Position numbers and translations under genes: made by a program. The notes under the pieces are model-generated. The model was not told where the DNA came from, ran no database searches, and saw only the letters and a program-made list of their open reading frames with translations. DNA of 20,000 nucleotides from Spirogloea muscicola. Taxonomy: Eukaryota. This document shows, in pieces, positions 19,258 to 20,000 of this stretch. Numbering within the stretch: the first letter of the stretch is position 1; each line of letters starts with the position of its first letter. Location of the stretch: assembly GCA_009602725.1 (NCBI GenBank), contig WELB01000002.1:1446234-1466233 (forward strand). The letters are read 5' to 3'.

Positions 19258-19940
19258 CAGCTGGCCGTGCCGCTTGTGCGCTTTACCGCTGCTCAGGTGT
19301 AGCGGCTGCTTAAGCTTTCCTGCAGCCCATGCCGGAACTTGTTGGTACTGCTCTTGCGTCAGAATGTCCGCACCAGCACAGTCTGCATGATGGATTCGTA
19401 GTTTCCTTCAAGATCCTAGGAATGCGATTCTTGGCTTCTTGGGTTCTGGGGTCACGGCAATGGGCAGGCCCTGGGAGAAGTTAGCACCCACAACCCTACA
19501 ATTTAGGGCTGAACTTGGCTAGGCACACGCCGTCAAGTCGTCACTGGCTGCTCAATCTTCGCTGGTGGACCCAAAAGGTCCAAAAGGGCCGAACCCTCTA
19601 AACCACAAGCACAAGGACCTCCCGGCGGCGGTCCCAGGCGAGTGCTTTGCGTCGCAGGGCTGGTCGCGCCGTTGCAGCAGCCTCTGGTTTGCGCAGCGGG
19701 GTTGCTCTTCCTCCCCTCCGCTCATCTGACTTCCTACTGCTGACTCGAGGGTATTGAGGGCGCCCTGTCTGCCTAGCCTACGGCTCCGTCATGAACACCT
19801 GTATGCATCTGGCTGGCAGTGTACAGCCGATTTTTAAATATCAGCAGCCGCTTGATCCTAGGTCGAGGGCGCCGCCGCCGCCGCCGCCACCCCTCCCAAA
19901 TCCCGGGCCGCCGCCGGCGCCACCGCCGACGGAGCCCGCC

Positions 19941-20000
19941 ATGGGGTCCGCGGCGGCGAGCTGGCCCCCTCCCGACCCGGCCCCCGCGCCGGCCCCCGCC
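19941..20000 (+). CDS. Probable first exon of the next gene (unknown product), truncated by the window edge
   Basis: Strong context GCCCGCCATGG preceded by (GCC)n, as at other gene starts here. Encodes MGSAAASWPPPDPAPAPAPA. Too short to identify. Confidence 0.5.
   Translation, partial: MGSAAASWPPPDPAPAPAPA

Noticed and set aside
1..20000. Functional gene cluster (proteostasis/ER/endosome pathway)
   Set aside because: The genes are unrelated housekeeping functions, and adjacency is explained by genome compactness.

Overview
Gene-dense, intron-rich eukaryotic nuclear DNA, most likely from a green plant-lineage (streptophyte-type) alga, judged from plant-like FAS2, SNX1, RidA, RPL32 and EMC2 proteins and very GC-rich 5' ends. 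I spliced seven genes by hand: AHA1 (-, runs off the left edge), CAF-1 p60/FAS2 (+, 12 exons, one GC-AG intron), a divergent MFS_2/GPH-type transporter (-), sorting nexin 1 (+), RidA (+), RPL32 (-) and EMC2 (+). An eighth gene probably starts at 19941. Six of the genes form three head-to-head pairs. Two N-gaps hide the MFS, SNX1 and probably RidA start codons. Most ORF-track entries are exon fragments or GC-rich shadow ORFs. The least explained element is a ~440 bp nested inverted-repeat structure at 12755-13200 built from a CAATGGGCGAGCCCT module. Other oddities are the degenerate cation site and ~280-aa loop of the transporter, a stop-start uORF over the FAS2 AUG, and alternative starts in RidA. 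No clearly new biological system can be demonstrated from the sequence alone.
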